A program made the translations under genes and the position numbers. The notes under the pieces are model-generated. The model saw only the letters and a program-made list of their open reading frames with translations. It made no database searches and was not told the DNA's origin. Below are positions 1-12,704 of a stretch of DNA of 64,000 bases, piece after piece (positions within the stretch are counted from its first letter, which is position 1; every line of letters begins with the position of its first letter). The stretch is taken from NCBI GenBank assembly GCA_030141605.1, contig JAQGDQ010000127.1, positions 248,001 through 312,000 of the forward strand, given 5' to 3'. The DNA is from Tubiluchus corallicola (lineage: Eukaryota > Animalia > Priapulida).

Positions 1-418
1 CGAAACTTGGAATTTCACACATCCATTAAATAAAGCAATGCTGTCTTAGCTAAGGCTGAAAACATACAGTTCCTATGGGAAAAAAATCGGTCATGTTTAG
101 ATCATTAGTCAAATATTTTGCAACAATTGTTATTGCAGTAGTTTCATAATTTGCATACAATTATTCAAACAAATTTTGCAGATCTGGCTATTCTAACTGC
201 TAACTGCTGGCAATGTTAACCTGAACCCTTTCTTCCTCTTACCCTTTCCCCTCCCTTTTTTGCACTTTCCCACTGTGGTTAAACACAAACTTTAAAAAAA
301 ATGTAACTCAGAGAAGAAATTTCATTTGATTTAAAGAATACAAAGTCTCAATTCTCACACTGACATGAAATTTGATTTCTTGAAAATCTACCCAACATTA
401 ATGATCTTCGATACTTAC

Positions 419-3400
419 ATGGGTGCTTTGTCTGAACATCTATTTAATATTAATTGAATGAGAAACCAGTGACGAAGATACTGCAAAGAATCACTTTCAA
501 CATCATCTGCAAATATCAATGCTAATTACAAACTAGTAACTAAGTCTCCTGCAGAATAACTGATAACAAATAAAAAAGCAAACCTTTTTTGCATAAACTA
601 CGATCACAAAATGTCAATATTGTCAGATATCCAGAATCCTGATCTACGTGTAATGTTTAAATGAAATTTCATTTATCTCTTAAGAATTTAACAACATAAA
701 AAGGAGCATTTTATTTTAGGTTTGCAGTGATTTATTGACTTCACTGCTAAAATGTTCACCAAACACTGCTTACCAACATTTTCTCTTTCTGGTTCTTCTA
801 AAAGCATAGCTGATACTTCAACTGCAAAGGTACGATGACTTCCCTAAAAAATGGCAGCACTGTTAAAATATTCATTTTTTAAGCAACACGAGACTTTTTA
901 GCAAAGAATCGATTGAAGAACTACAGCACGCTTACAATAATATATCTATCAGCTGATTAATTGAATAAAGCATTGAAAATTGTGGACCAACGAGGAGTCA
1001 AACCCATGACCTCTTTTCTTATGAGTCAGGATGTATTATTAATTGAGCTACTGGCCCAACCTAACAGAGCTGGTCTGAAACTCACCTACTACCACACAAT
1101 TGATCAAAGCCACATATCCGCTAACAGTGATGCACACATCACTACATTTTAATGACCTCAATAGCAGGAGTTGATCAAGTCTCTGCAGCATATGTAGTGT
1201 ATACCCTCTGCAACTTTTTTGTAGGTTAACAAAACACACATTAAGAAATGCATGATGCTTAGACCAATAACCTAACAGCTAACTAAATGAAGGAGCCACT
1301 GAAAAATTGTGGAAAACCAGGATTCGAGCTCAGAACCTCCTTTTCTTACATGGCAGATTATTCTACCATTTGAGCTACTGGCCCAACCTAGCAGAAGTAG
1401 CTTGAACTCTCACCCTAGTAGCACACAATCAATGTGCTACTAGTAATATATCATTACTTTGAATACACTCAGCAAACATACATACAAACATATAATACTG
1501 TGAAGATTTTGATGCAGTGGCTCAACTTCATAAATTTTATCTGAAACATTTTACGATTATTGAAATAACTTTCTTCATATTACTCAGTAATCTTGTCATA
1601 CCTTTTCATGTCGAGAAAGTCGACTTAACCATTTCACCATACTAGCATAAACAGATGACGGTAGTTCTTTCAGAATTGAAACAATGCTCTAGAAAACAAA
1701 GCAAAGAGAAAACAAATTAACAATGAATAAAATGCAGTTGTGATATAAACCATAAACACTATCAAGCACTCAATCTAACATAAAATTAGCATACTACATT
1801 AAAACATCGCAACTCATACTAACTTGTGATGTTTTCACTCTATATTCTGCTTTATCAGGATTCTTTATACACATATGCTGCAACAGTGTACGAACACCTT
1901 CAATGCTGTCCTCGAAAATATTATTTTGAATGTAACTAAAACAATAAAAGAACCAGAAATTAATAAAACTTTACAATCAAAAAACCAAAAGAGTAAAAAT
2001 GCCTTTGAAAAATGAAATTATAAAACAGATTCATAAATCTCAAGGCCAGCATTTATCTGTTACATTTTATAATACTTTTTTCTCGTTTGCAGCCTCGAAA
2101 GTCGGCCAACATTATTTCCACTTTTACTGTATAGAAACAAAAATAGCTCCTTTTTTTCCAGTTACTTGCCTTGTTAATTATGAGTGAATCAAGTAACTGA
2201 TGGCACTTTTTACAAAGTCTTCAACAATGCATCAAGCTTCACCTTCATGTCCGTATTTACGAATAAATTATTAATCAAAATTTATTTTAATAGAATAATC
2301 AGATACCACACGAAATTAACAGCATGCTCCCTTATAGTCAGCAATTCTTTAGGTATTGTCTGCGTGGTTACAGCACTATTTATTTCACCAGTTAGCATTA
2401 GAATACCAGGAAGCAGATACTTAAAAATCTGAAATAAAATATTTCAAGTGAATGAAAGATAATGGCACAAATACGAACTGACAAACAAAAGTAAAGTTTT
2501 AGTGCACGAACTCTATAACAAAATTAATAGGAAAATTTCTGCTTCCCGTACAGCTTAATAAATATGATTATTTAGTAATATAAATTATCTATTTTATATA
2601 TATTAGTTATATCAATATATTATCGTCAGAATTTATTTCAAATTAAAAACTAGTTCTAACCATTCAAAGTAAGACATAAGGTCTATCATTTCACCTAAGG
2701 CATAATTTATTACTTAAATAAAACCTATAAACAGAGTGAGCAGTCAACAGCTTTTCAAGACACTATGAAAGAAGCCAAACAAGTGTGATATTTTAAACAA
2801 TATAGAATACCTTTTTCACTAGTTCAGGAACTAATCCGTGACTGCTTGAACACAGGGAAAGCATAACCAAATATGCAAGCTGAGGCGTGTTACGAATCTT
2901 CTCAGGATCTGGAGAATTTGTGAAGCAACCCCGAAAAGTTAACGGCTCAAATTTTGTTAATGGGATAACATGTTGAAGAGTCTGCTCAATACTCTCTTCA
3001 CACTCCTTCAGAGAATACGACTTTAACATTATAATGAGCGCCTGAAAAAATAGGAAATGGTTCACAACTAAATCACCTGTGATGCGGTTAGTGGCGGCAA
3101 CAGCAACAGCACCAGCAGTAGTAATAACAAAAACTTAAAAAAACATTTAAAAAAAGTAGTATGATATGTCTTAACTAGTGAACAGCAAACACTTGATGCC
3201 AAAAAATCGCAACATATTTTCTTAATGTCCTAAACTTTAACCAAGCAATATTTTTAATAGATTTGTTTATGCAACAAACAGCTATAATAAACAATTTCTA
3301 CTTGTTTCATTAAACTGTTATTGCTTAAAAACAATTATTGAAATTACACGTAAAAGTGCGTTCAACTCTCGAGCAAGTATATCAACATATTCAGGTGATA

Positions 3401-5761
3401 TCAACTCTTCATCTTCATCTTCTTCCTCGTCACTTTTGTCCTGCTGCAACAAAACATTAAGGAACATCAACATATTTCCAAAGAGTTGTGATTAGAAGTA
3501 TCAAGTTATCAACATGAGCAAAATACGCAGAGACCAATCAGCTTTAACAAAGTCACTATAATTGTAAATATTTAACTTGAAATGACTGAAATGATTCACA
3601 AATCCCTACTGCATACACATTGAAAAAGATGAAAAATTTAGCAGTAGAGAGAGTATCGAGCAGTTATAAACCAAAAATAGTCAATCAGTCATTTGACATT
3701 TAGAATTCTTTCCAAACTAACAGCAAAACTAAAATGTATTCCAAACGCCTAGAAACCACATTGACTTAAGACTGAAAAATTCTGTGCTGTTATTTTACTC
3801 CCAATAATAAGAAGTATGTCTTTGATACTACCTTAATCTTATTGGGCATGTCTCAATTAGTCTACCTTAACTCTTCAATTTTTGTATATACATTCAGTAA
3901 ATCTAATGAAATTACACAACTCAGATACCTCATTTTCATCAACAATTTGCCGCTTTGCTTTGGTGACCCTTGATTTTTTTCTAGTCTGCTTTTCTGGTGA
4001 AGATTTCCTTCGCTTTTTTGGTGATCCTGCAAACACAGACATACTTTACGATGTCCATATCTGAACAATAGAATACTATATTTTAACTGTGATAAATCAG
4101 AATTAATAAATCGATATGGTTTATGTTCAACAAGAAGTATTCCTGGGGCCAATGATTTGAAAAAAGAAAGATAATAAAGAAAAATAGTTAAAGAACTCGC
4201 ACTTCCTTCCAGTAAGCCATAGGCATAACATGACAAAGTCAGGCTGATTTCTCACAAATCCATTTTACAGTTCATTACTTTATCAGCTAAATCATTAATT
4301 AATAAAATAATAATCAACACTGCCCTTCTGTGACTTGGGTGTAAGTTGCACTGTTTGATTGCACACTATAAAGACGACAATTAAGGCCCATTTCAAACAC
4401 GTTGTGCCTGTGGTGCAAATGAAAGACCATGAAAGTCACTATTGCGAGACACCGGGTTAAAGTTCCTACTAATTCAAAACATTAGCCTCTAGGTTATTTG
4501 TTGTCGACTATATTGTTTAATAAAATCCTGCTTATCAAGATCAGTCTAATGATCCATTGTTGATGAATTACCAGTTAATTTGATAAATTAATGGAAGAAT
4601 AATGTCAATACTTGTACTTGTATTTCTTATTTTCACAGCCCTAAATCTTTGCATTGTGAGCTTACGGTAAAACCACTATTGGATATTTGAAAAAAAATAA
4701 TAAAAAGCAAAAAGCAGGCTCTTCTAACATCAGCACTTTCCAAAATAACATGAATTAGCAAGTGGCTAAATATAGGTACACAATAAAAAAATACTAAAAA
4801 AAACCTTAAAGAAAATAGCATTCATTATTATGTTAAATAGCCTCATTTTACATTGCTACATCTTACCTTCAAGCTGCCTGGATAATTTCATGACATCCAG
4901 TGTTTTACCATATAATATTGGATGAAACACTTTAAAGGCACCGCTGCCTAAGCAAATAAATAAAACCAGTTATTGATTAGGTACATAATAGTGCTAATAG
5001 CCTTACCGCTCATATCAGTGCTAACAGGAATAAAACCCATTTATGAACTTGATATAATAATTACAGATTGTTCTGCAAAGTATTAACACTTGAAATGCTT
5101 ATGTTAGTAGCTGAAGCGCTTTGAAAAATGAAATGCATGTGTAGACGATTTCTCAGAATCTTTAATTAATCTGTACCTTTTTTGAAATATTGTTGCTTTG
5201 TTTGTGTAAAAAAATATAATTATCAAGTTTATGTGTACATTTACAACAATAAATTCTCTGTATAGCAACAAGGTTGTTATTTGTCTTAATTGAAGGAGTG
5301 GTCTTTGGTTGATTAAAATACAGTTGATTACTTGCTATTGACTAATTGCAAAATTGAAATTCGACTCACACATTTGACTTATTTTTGACAGTTTTCTCCT
5401 TCAGACTTAGTTAAATTTTGAATGACTGGATCATCTGGCAGCCCTGAGACATATTGTGCAATTATAGCGACTACCATGCACCAAAATGTGCAAAAAATTT
5501 TTAAAATAGTAAAACAAACGGTTTTAACAATGTTAATTCGTTAAAGCAGTAGATGTAGCCTGATGAACAAAAGTGAACTTGATGGTAATGCTATATAGTT
5601 AGTTACTAATGGTAGGTATCACATGAAAGCAAATCCATTTGCGCTAATTTTTACGTAATACAAGCGTAACATGAACGAGCATGTATAACTGGGATGACAT
5701 ATTGGACAGAAAAACCCAATACCAAATTAAAAATAATACATGTTACTCAAATTATTTGTAT

Positions 5762-5800
<39 letters not shown>

Positions 5801-8800
5801 TTGTTTAATTACAGCATCACCATTATAAAAACATTCTACAAAGCTTAACGTACAGACATTGAAAAATAAATATGAACACTAATTAAAAGTAGGTATAATT
5901 GAGAAACAAATAACGTATTTCTTTGCAAAATTGCAAAACAAATGCAATCTCTATCTCTCCCAGCATTACACAGGCTTTTCTTAGTAGATTTCAAGATTTC
6001 ATGTTTTCTGTATAGGTACTGATATTAGCAGTTACCTTACACATAAGAACTAACAAATAAATGTTGGTATTGGTACCGGTTGCTAATTTCATAGTGTCAG
6101 TCAAACACTATATACAGCAAATAACTAGTCAGACATACCTGGAATTGAAACAAGTACATAATACAGCTGGCACGCGAGGAGACCTCTAAGCTTATGTTCG
6201 ACATTTCCCACACGACTTTGTGCTTTTTCGACCATGTACGCTAGTAAAGCTATTAAAGTTTTCAAGTTTATGTCATTTTCGAGCAGCAACAGCCAGAAAC
6301 CTGCATAACAATAAAGTCATTATGGCATAAAAACTAAAAGGTTCTATTTCTGCTAAATTAATATAATCAACTACAAGACAAAACAACTGTGAGATATTTT
6401 ATATAAGTTATATTAACACAAGATTCAAATAGTTTGTGCAACAAAATTTAACTAGTATTTGCTGGGCCTCACAAGCGAATGGGTGGGTGGCACCAGGAAA
6501 TTGAGGAAAACACTTCTGGATGGCTTCATCTACACACTGCCTGGATATATTTCTCTCATTATTAAGGACGAATGCATAGTATAAGTATTTACATATGGCT
6601 AAGAAACCTTTTCCAGATACGTGATAATGATATAATAAATAGACTGTCATTAAATCCTACCTACAACTTGCAACACATCAAACTGTATAAAAGTAGAACA
6701 ACATCCACACATATTCATAATTATACATTACCAGGTTGTCGTTCAGTGTCATCAATCCATTCCTTGCAAAGTGATATGGCTTCAGTCAGCAAATCTTTCC
6801 AAGCTATTTCATTATAAGTAGCTTCAAATGACAATGGCATGGGCACATAATCACTAAAATCAATATCCCAGATTTCTTTCACCCATTCTAAAAAGAAGCA
6901 TTTATTAAAGTAATCTATAGGTATTGGCTGATCAAGGAAACAATTATCCAGGTCTCAATCTTAAGCGCAGCATAGCTAAACCTATTAAAGAAAATGAGAA
7001 TTGTCAAACACCTTTACAAAGGACATTGAGACGAAAATACATAATGAATTAAATAAATGTGTTTCTATCTATTCCAAATACTAAGAAACGAGGTTAAGAA
7101 TTAAAAAAAAGAATACACATTATAGTTATGCAACAATGAAATTACAATGGAAAGCCGACAAAGGTCCAGGCCAAAAAAGTTAAGATGTTACGAAGCCTTT
7201 CACATAAATCACTACAAATTCTCACAGCAAAGATCTTCACCAAATATGTATTTCGGAGAAGCTATCGAAAACGCATTGCTACAAAAACTCATATATATTT
7301 TACGAGTTTTTGTAATAGAGTTAACATCTGAAATAATAAATGTGCTAAAGATAATTTGTTATCACTGTAGTGCTATTCTGCTTATGACTTTTACTCTTCT
7401 TTAAGTTTAAACCATTAATCCTCCAACTTTTCCAACTTGAAAATTGCAAAAAAAACTTTGAAAAACCCATTTGTTTGTCGCAAGATTTTGTATAACTTAA
7501 CAAAAATTTTCATTATTCTGCATTTCCTTATTTCAATTACTTTCTTATGAGAATGGAATGGTAAGTAATTTTGCAAAATTACTCAGTGCTTTATGACGAA
7601 TTCACTCGAAATTAAATATTCAAAGTGAAATTGCAATGTAACAATGTAACAAGCAACAGACTCAAGTTTTTAGCCTATCATTCTTTCACCTTTCATTTGC
7701 AAATGCAAAAATTCCAGGAGAATAGAAAAATGCAACACCTATTCACAAAAATGGAAGAAAAGACAGTTAGATAACAACAGGCCAATATTGTTAACTTCAC
7801 TAGTAGGAAAGATTCTAAAAAAATGTACTATTCTACCTGTAACATTTTTGCCACATCAATATCGATAATTATGCTAATTTTGTTTATGTACAGGTCTATC
7901 CAAAGACATGGGTGCTACACTGACAAGCGTGGACTACCACTGATAAAAAATTCCTCGGTCTTTCATTTGTCGCTCTCTAACATCATTAAAACTCTCAGCT
8001 TTGCCTGTTTAATGCCACAATCGGCCTCCAAACGAAAGAATTTGGCTCGCAAATGCTCAAAATACCCACACATACCTCAAACTGTTGTTATTATTATGTA
8101 GTAGCAATCAGGAAAATTGTGAGCTACTTAAGCCTTCATACTACTGTAATATTGCTAAGCAACACCATGTGAACATTTACTGGTGTTCAGATTTTCAAAC
8201 TATAAAAAAAAATTTTGCGTAAGTGCAAAACAGTACTGTGTACTTTTGTATTAATTTTAGATGTTCTTTCTAATGGTGCTATTTATATTTTAATCTGCCG
8301 GGCTATTCGGAAAATTTGATTTCTGAATATTTCTAGCTCTAAAAGTCTGCAAATGGATGAGCATTAAATTGCACAGTTAAAACAAGCAAGTATCAAAAGG
8401 ATTTCACATAACAACTTAAACTTATAGGAGTATATCTCTTCATGGCCTAGGAGGCTGCCAAATAAGGTCAGAAATAATTAATACCATCTTAGCTAGGGTT
8501 TTTGTCATTCTACAGGTCACTCTATTGGCTGTAAGATGAAATTGCCGAGGCAGACAGTGTTTTAATGTTAATTTGTTTAAAAAAATAAAAGGAAATATGA
8601 GTTATAGTTGGTTTTGTATAATTAATTAAGTTGCAGTCGGGTCGTAAAGTAGAACAGTCGTAAGTGTCGCATAGGTCGCAAGTCGACTACTACATGCATC
8701 GCACAAAAACTTGATCACCAATTCTGAGTTTTGTTTGTAATTGCTACATGTGTACACAATTACAGGCCTGCAGCTAATTTGCTAAATGATATAGCTGATT

Positions 8801-11250
8801 AAAGTTTGCTTTAAGGAAAAATGCACGTGCAATGCACCAAAAAAGGCAACAACATTTCTTCATTAATTAGTTAATAATTTCAAAAGTGTTAATTATATTA
8901 GGCTACGTTTCTGTATATTTCGTTAATGATAACGGTAGAACATATTCTGAAACTACGAAGCAAATCTGGTATTTAAACCAACTCTATACACATTTTCTTA
9001 AAGCACATTGACTATACTTTACGAATCACAATTAAATTCTCTACATCTTTGTTACCAATTTACTGGAATTTCCAGAAGTAGTAATCAACTATTTGGATGA
9101 AGGAGAACCAAAGGATACCACTTATCTCAAAGGATACCACTTTCAGAAGGACAGCGACAAGATACTACACCAATGCTTACTCCTAAAACTTAAAAGTACA
9201 TGGAATTGAAGAAAATTTGCTTAACTGGAAAAATGATGGCTGTAATAACAAATACAAGTTACAAGTGCAAAGAGGCCTACATCTACACCAACAAGTGATC
9301 TATCAGAGGTACAAATGGGCTCTATCATTGGGCAACTTGTTCTTGTCTACAATAACATGTCGCAAATAGCATTTTTTCTCACGGAAGTGGGGAGTAAAAA
9401 ATCTTCCTCTCCATGTTTTAATTTTGACATGACATGAATGGTATCTCTAAAGCAGTTACTGATGCCATAAAATGTATTTATGCCAAAAACACAAGTGAAA
9501 TACTAATGTATCGGAACTTTTCTTGCTGAATTTTCATAAGTTATACCAGACTACACATAGGGACTGCCAAATAGGGACGGCAAAAAGGAAGCAACATGTT
9601 TAGAAACAGAAAACTCATTAAATAAATACACATACAATGAGCAAAAACCAACTGCAAAAGCATTACGTGATTGTACTCAGGCCTTTGCACTGCAGAAAAC
9701 TTGTCGGAATCTGGCTCTGCAAATTCCCCAGAGTCGATTTCCAGCAATATAGTTAAACTATCGACCAATTACAGTAGTGGAAAATCCACAACAGTGATTC
9801 GTTCAATTAGCCAAAGTATACCAGCTACAAGTACGACAGCTAAACAACTACTTTTTTCTGTGTTTGAACTATTTGTAAAAAAAGATTGAGAATGGATCCT
9901 TGCTTTGCAGACACTTTGCTATTTCTTTGCACAAACAAAAGAACGTGCATATGATGGAGATTGTGAGGACAATCAGGACATGCGTTCACCAGAAAATAAA
10001 AATTCACTACAGCATAAAAATTAGTTGTCATCATTAAATTATATTAATAAAATAATTAAGTAGCAAAATAAAATTTGTTTTTTTTGTAAGCAATGATTAG
10101 TTTTTGTCAGTTAGCACACTGTCAATTTATTGAAAACAACTTCTCTAGTGTCACAATGCCACCTCACCCTGAATTTATATGCAATTTTCTGTTTAAAATT
10201 GGATGCATAGTTGAAAATGCCTGTATATCCTCAAAGGGTGCACAAACAGTTGAACATTTGCTTTTTAATTGTACTCTGGTAGATGAAAATAAAAGGTTAA
10301 TGTTCGCAAGTATCCTCTAATCTCAGAACATTAGTAAAATTTATACCACTCATGACAAAAACCTGCTAGATGCTTTTACTGAGTTAGTTTTTGATCCATT
10401 TTTGCAAACTTTAGTATAAATTATTGAACTTTGCGAAACAGAACAGATTTGCATACATCTAATTTTTCCGTTTCTAGTCACCATTTTATTTGTTCTTTAT
10501 AATAATTCGAGGAACGAAATCCGTGATCTAGTATTGGTATATATTAAAGTTTTATGAGTTTTTTAAATGTTAGATAACAATACCCTGCAAACAGAGGGTC
10601 TCTGTGTTGTATATTTGTAAATATTGTACATGTGCATAATTTTAAATTTCAAATAAAAAATAATAATAATAATTACCCTCAAACACTGGATAGGTCATTA
10701 TCAAATTATTACTCATTTAAGTCATTATTAATATTACTTGAAATGCTGTATTATTAAGTATTGGCAAGTCAGCAGTGATTATCTATGTCCGTGCAAAATA
10801 TAAAATAAACAAGATAACAAAAACAGTTTTGAAAGTATCTAAAAGTTGAAGCTGCAAAGAAGTGTGTTGATATGACAACTTAGTTTTTAGCTTGCTTTTT
10901 TGATGTGGATATATAGAAGCATGATAGAAATGTTAGTACAACCACTGTAAATTGCCTGAACCGTAAGCGTAAGGAATATCAAACCACTTTTTTAAAAAAA
11001 CTATTTCAATCCACGAACAAAGATACCACTAAACAAATTGTAATCAAGGATAACTAACACTGTAGCAGACAAAAAGCTCGTTGGAAAGGCTAGTTTCACT
11101 AAATATACTAATTGAAAGGTAGTTTACAATTAAGATAAATTCAGTGTTAACTAAACGGTTCTAAAAATCATAAGCACTAAACTTACCAGTTTCTACTTCA
11201 GATAATTTAAAGTTTTTTAATGTAAATAACAACACTTCACTGGCCGCCAT
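419..11250 (-). CDS. NCAPD3: Condensin-2 complex subunit D3 (CAP-D3), 5' part; gene continues beyond the left edge
   Basis: GT-AG exons with consistent phase: 11187-11250 (ATG, MAASEVLLF), 6732-6887 (EWVKEIWDIDF), 6139-6300, 4867-4947 (GSGAFKVFHPILY), 3929-4026, 3348-3443, 2811-3041 (YSLKE..LTKFEP..PQLAY..LCSSSHG), 2307-2428, 1824-1935 (VRTLLQHMCIKNPDKAEYR), 1602-1688, 774-843 (HRTFAVEV..LLEEPERE), 419-506 (RCSDKAP). These match vertebrate NCAPD3 motifs as I recall them (EWVDTVWELDF, VFHP, LLQHICAKVVDKSEYR, LLELPERE, RCLDKAP). Confidence 0.92.
991..1430 (-). repeat. Two copies of a tRNA-derived (SINE-like) repeat in an NCAPD3 intron
   Basis: Copies at about 991-1100 and 1317-1430. The minus strand reads GGGCCAGTAGCTCAAATGGTAGA...GAGGTTCTGAGCTCGAATCC, with A-box and B-box-like motifs. 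The copies share TGAGCTACTGGCCCAACCTA and the downstream flank. Confidence 0.6.
5764..5800. repeat. (AAT)n microsatellite
   Basis: Perfect run of about 12 AAT units. Confidence 0.95.
9150..9360 (+). mobile_element. Highly decayed CR1/L2-type LINE reverse transcriptase remnant
   Basis: Frameshifted pieces translate as KLK..HGIEENLLNW and EVQMGSIIGQL, resembling the KL..GI.G.LL.W and GVPQGS.LGP motifs of LINE RTs. Confidence 0.45.
10190..10420 (+). mobile_element. LINE ORF2 C-terminal Cys/His remnant
   Basis: The ORF contains C..QTVEHLLFNC, typical of the zinc-knuckle-like C-terminus of non-LTR retrotransposons. Confidence 0.4.
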
Positions 11251-11265
11251 GATTGGGTTTCCCGC
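11251..11265 (-). promoter_or_regulatory. E2F site plus CCAAT box immediately upstream of the NCAPD3 ATG
   Basis: TTTCCCGC at 11258-11265 is a canonical E2F motif and ATTGG lies at 11252-11256. This fits a cell-cycle-regulated condensin gene. Confidence 0.55.
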
Positions 11266-12704
11266 TCACCAGTCACATCTAAGCAACAAACATTTTATCG
11301 CTTTTTTCGACATATACACTCTCAAACCATCCTTTGGCACAAGCGGAATTGGCTAGAACCTGTGGGTTAGGGACGCGGGAGCTTATCAATTTAGTGTATA
11401 AAGGCAATTGTCGTAAAGGTATAAATTTAACCTTACCTATGTAATTTAGTCATTTAGGTACTAAAATTAATAACAAGGAAAAAAGTAATGTATTTTCAAC
11501 TCTGCAATAGTATTCAGTCACAACTGATGATTAATGATAAATAATAAGCTTGCCGACGAATCTCATCATTATAGGCATAGTGAGGGATCAAAACCAAGTC
11601 CACTTAGGCACAAAATACTGAATATGTTTTTCACAGTTAATTGGTGCACAAGGCAATACTTATTGAGTTAGATAATTGCAGTCATTGAAAATACAGTACA
11701 AATTTGCTTGGAATACATAGGGTGTAAGTAACAACAATATGCTAGGAGTTATAAAAAGAACAAGTAAGGTTGAGCAGCGGTATTTCTTTACATGAAATGC
11801 TCAGTTTTGACTCAGTTCATTTTTATAGATTAATTTATAATAGTTATATATGGGTCATTAATAACACTTAGATAACATTGCAAATATAATCTTCAGTACG
11901 CCACGCCATACTTAAGCACCGCAAAGCTATATAATAATTAGTCACGATTAATTATGTAGCCACAATCGTAGAACGCAGCAAAAAAATAATCTGTAGAGGC
12001 GCTCATCAAACATTCAAATTCAATTGGAACTTAAAACTATGGAGTTAAATAATTCGCCACTTCAACTACATTCGTTCTTTATCATTAAAATGTCTGAAAC
12101 AGCATACAATCAGCAGAATCTTTAAACAAGTAATTCGTATTATTACTGCAGAACAAAATCAATGATTCAAAAATTTATTCGAAAATCTTAAAAAGTGAAC
12201 TTGAATTTAATTCGGATTCGAAATCTTGAAATCTGAATGTTTTATTTGTACCCAATGGATGTGCAGTGAAAGCTATGAAAGATGAATCAGCAGTATTTAG
12301 ATCAGTGCCTGACTTTCAACATATGGCAATGATGACTATTATTAATTACTGTAAAAATTCATAAACACATGCAATACTGGCAAACAAGCATATGCTCAAG
12401 TTAACAAATATTAGGAAATTTATTACAGCCAGATCGTCAAAATACATATCAGTAACTATCAATCTTCAGCATATCAGCGATTTGCGGATGGTCTGGGACA
12501 AGTAACTGAAGTTAATGATGCCATTAATATCGTTTTGCTCCCAAAACCTATCTTGAAAAAAATCAACATATTTTAAAAAACACAATTGATATGAAGTTAC
12601 ATTACTTACAGCAGGCATGCAGTTCAAAAGAGAGACACAGAATTATAAAGTTATATATAATTTTATCACCCTTATACTAGCTTTTTCAAGGAAAAGTCTT
12701 TGCT

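Noticed and set aside
1317-1384. Functional tRNA gene
   Set aside because: The B-box and stems are degenerate and the unit is repeated with shared non-tRNA flanks.
2295-3930. GTATCT donors in NCAPD3 as U12 minor introns
   Set aside because: They lack the GTATCCTT consensus and I saw no clear U12 branch site, so they were treated as ordinary GT-AG introns.
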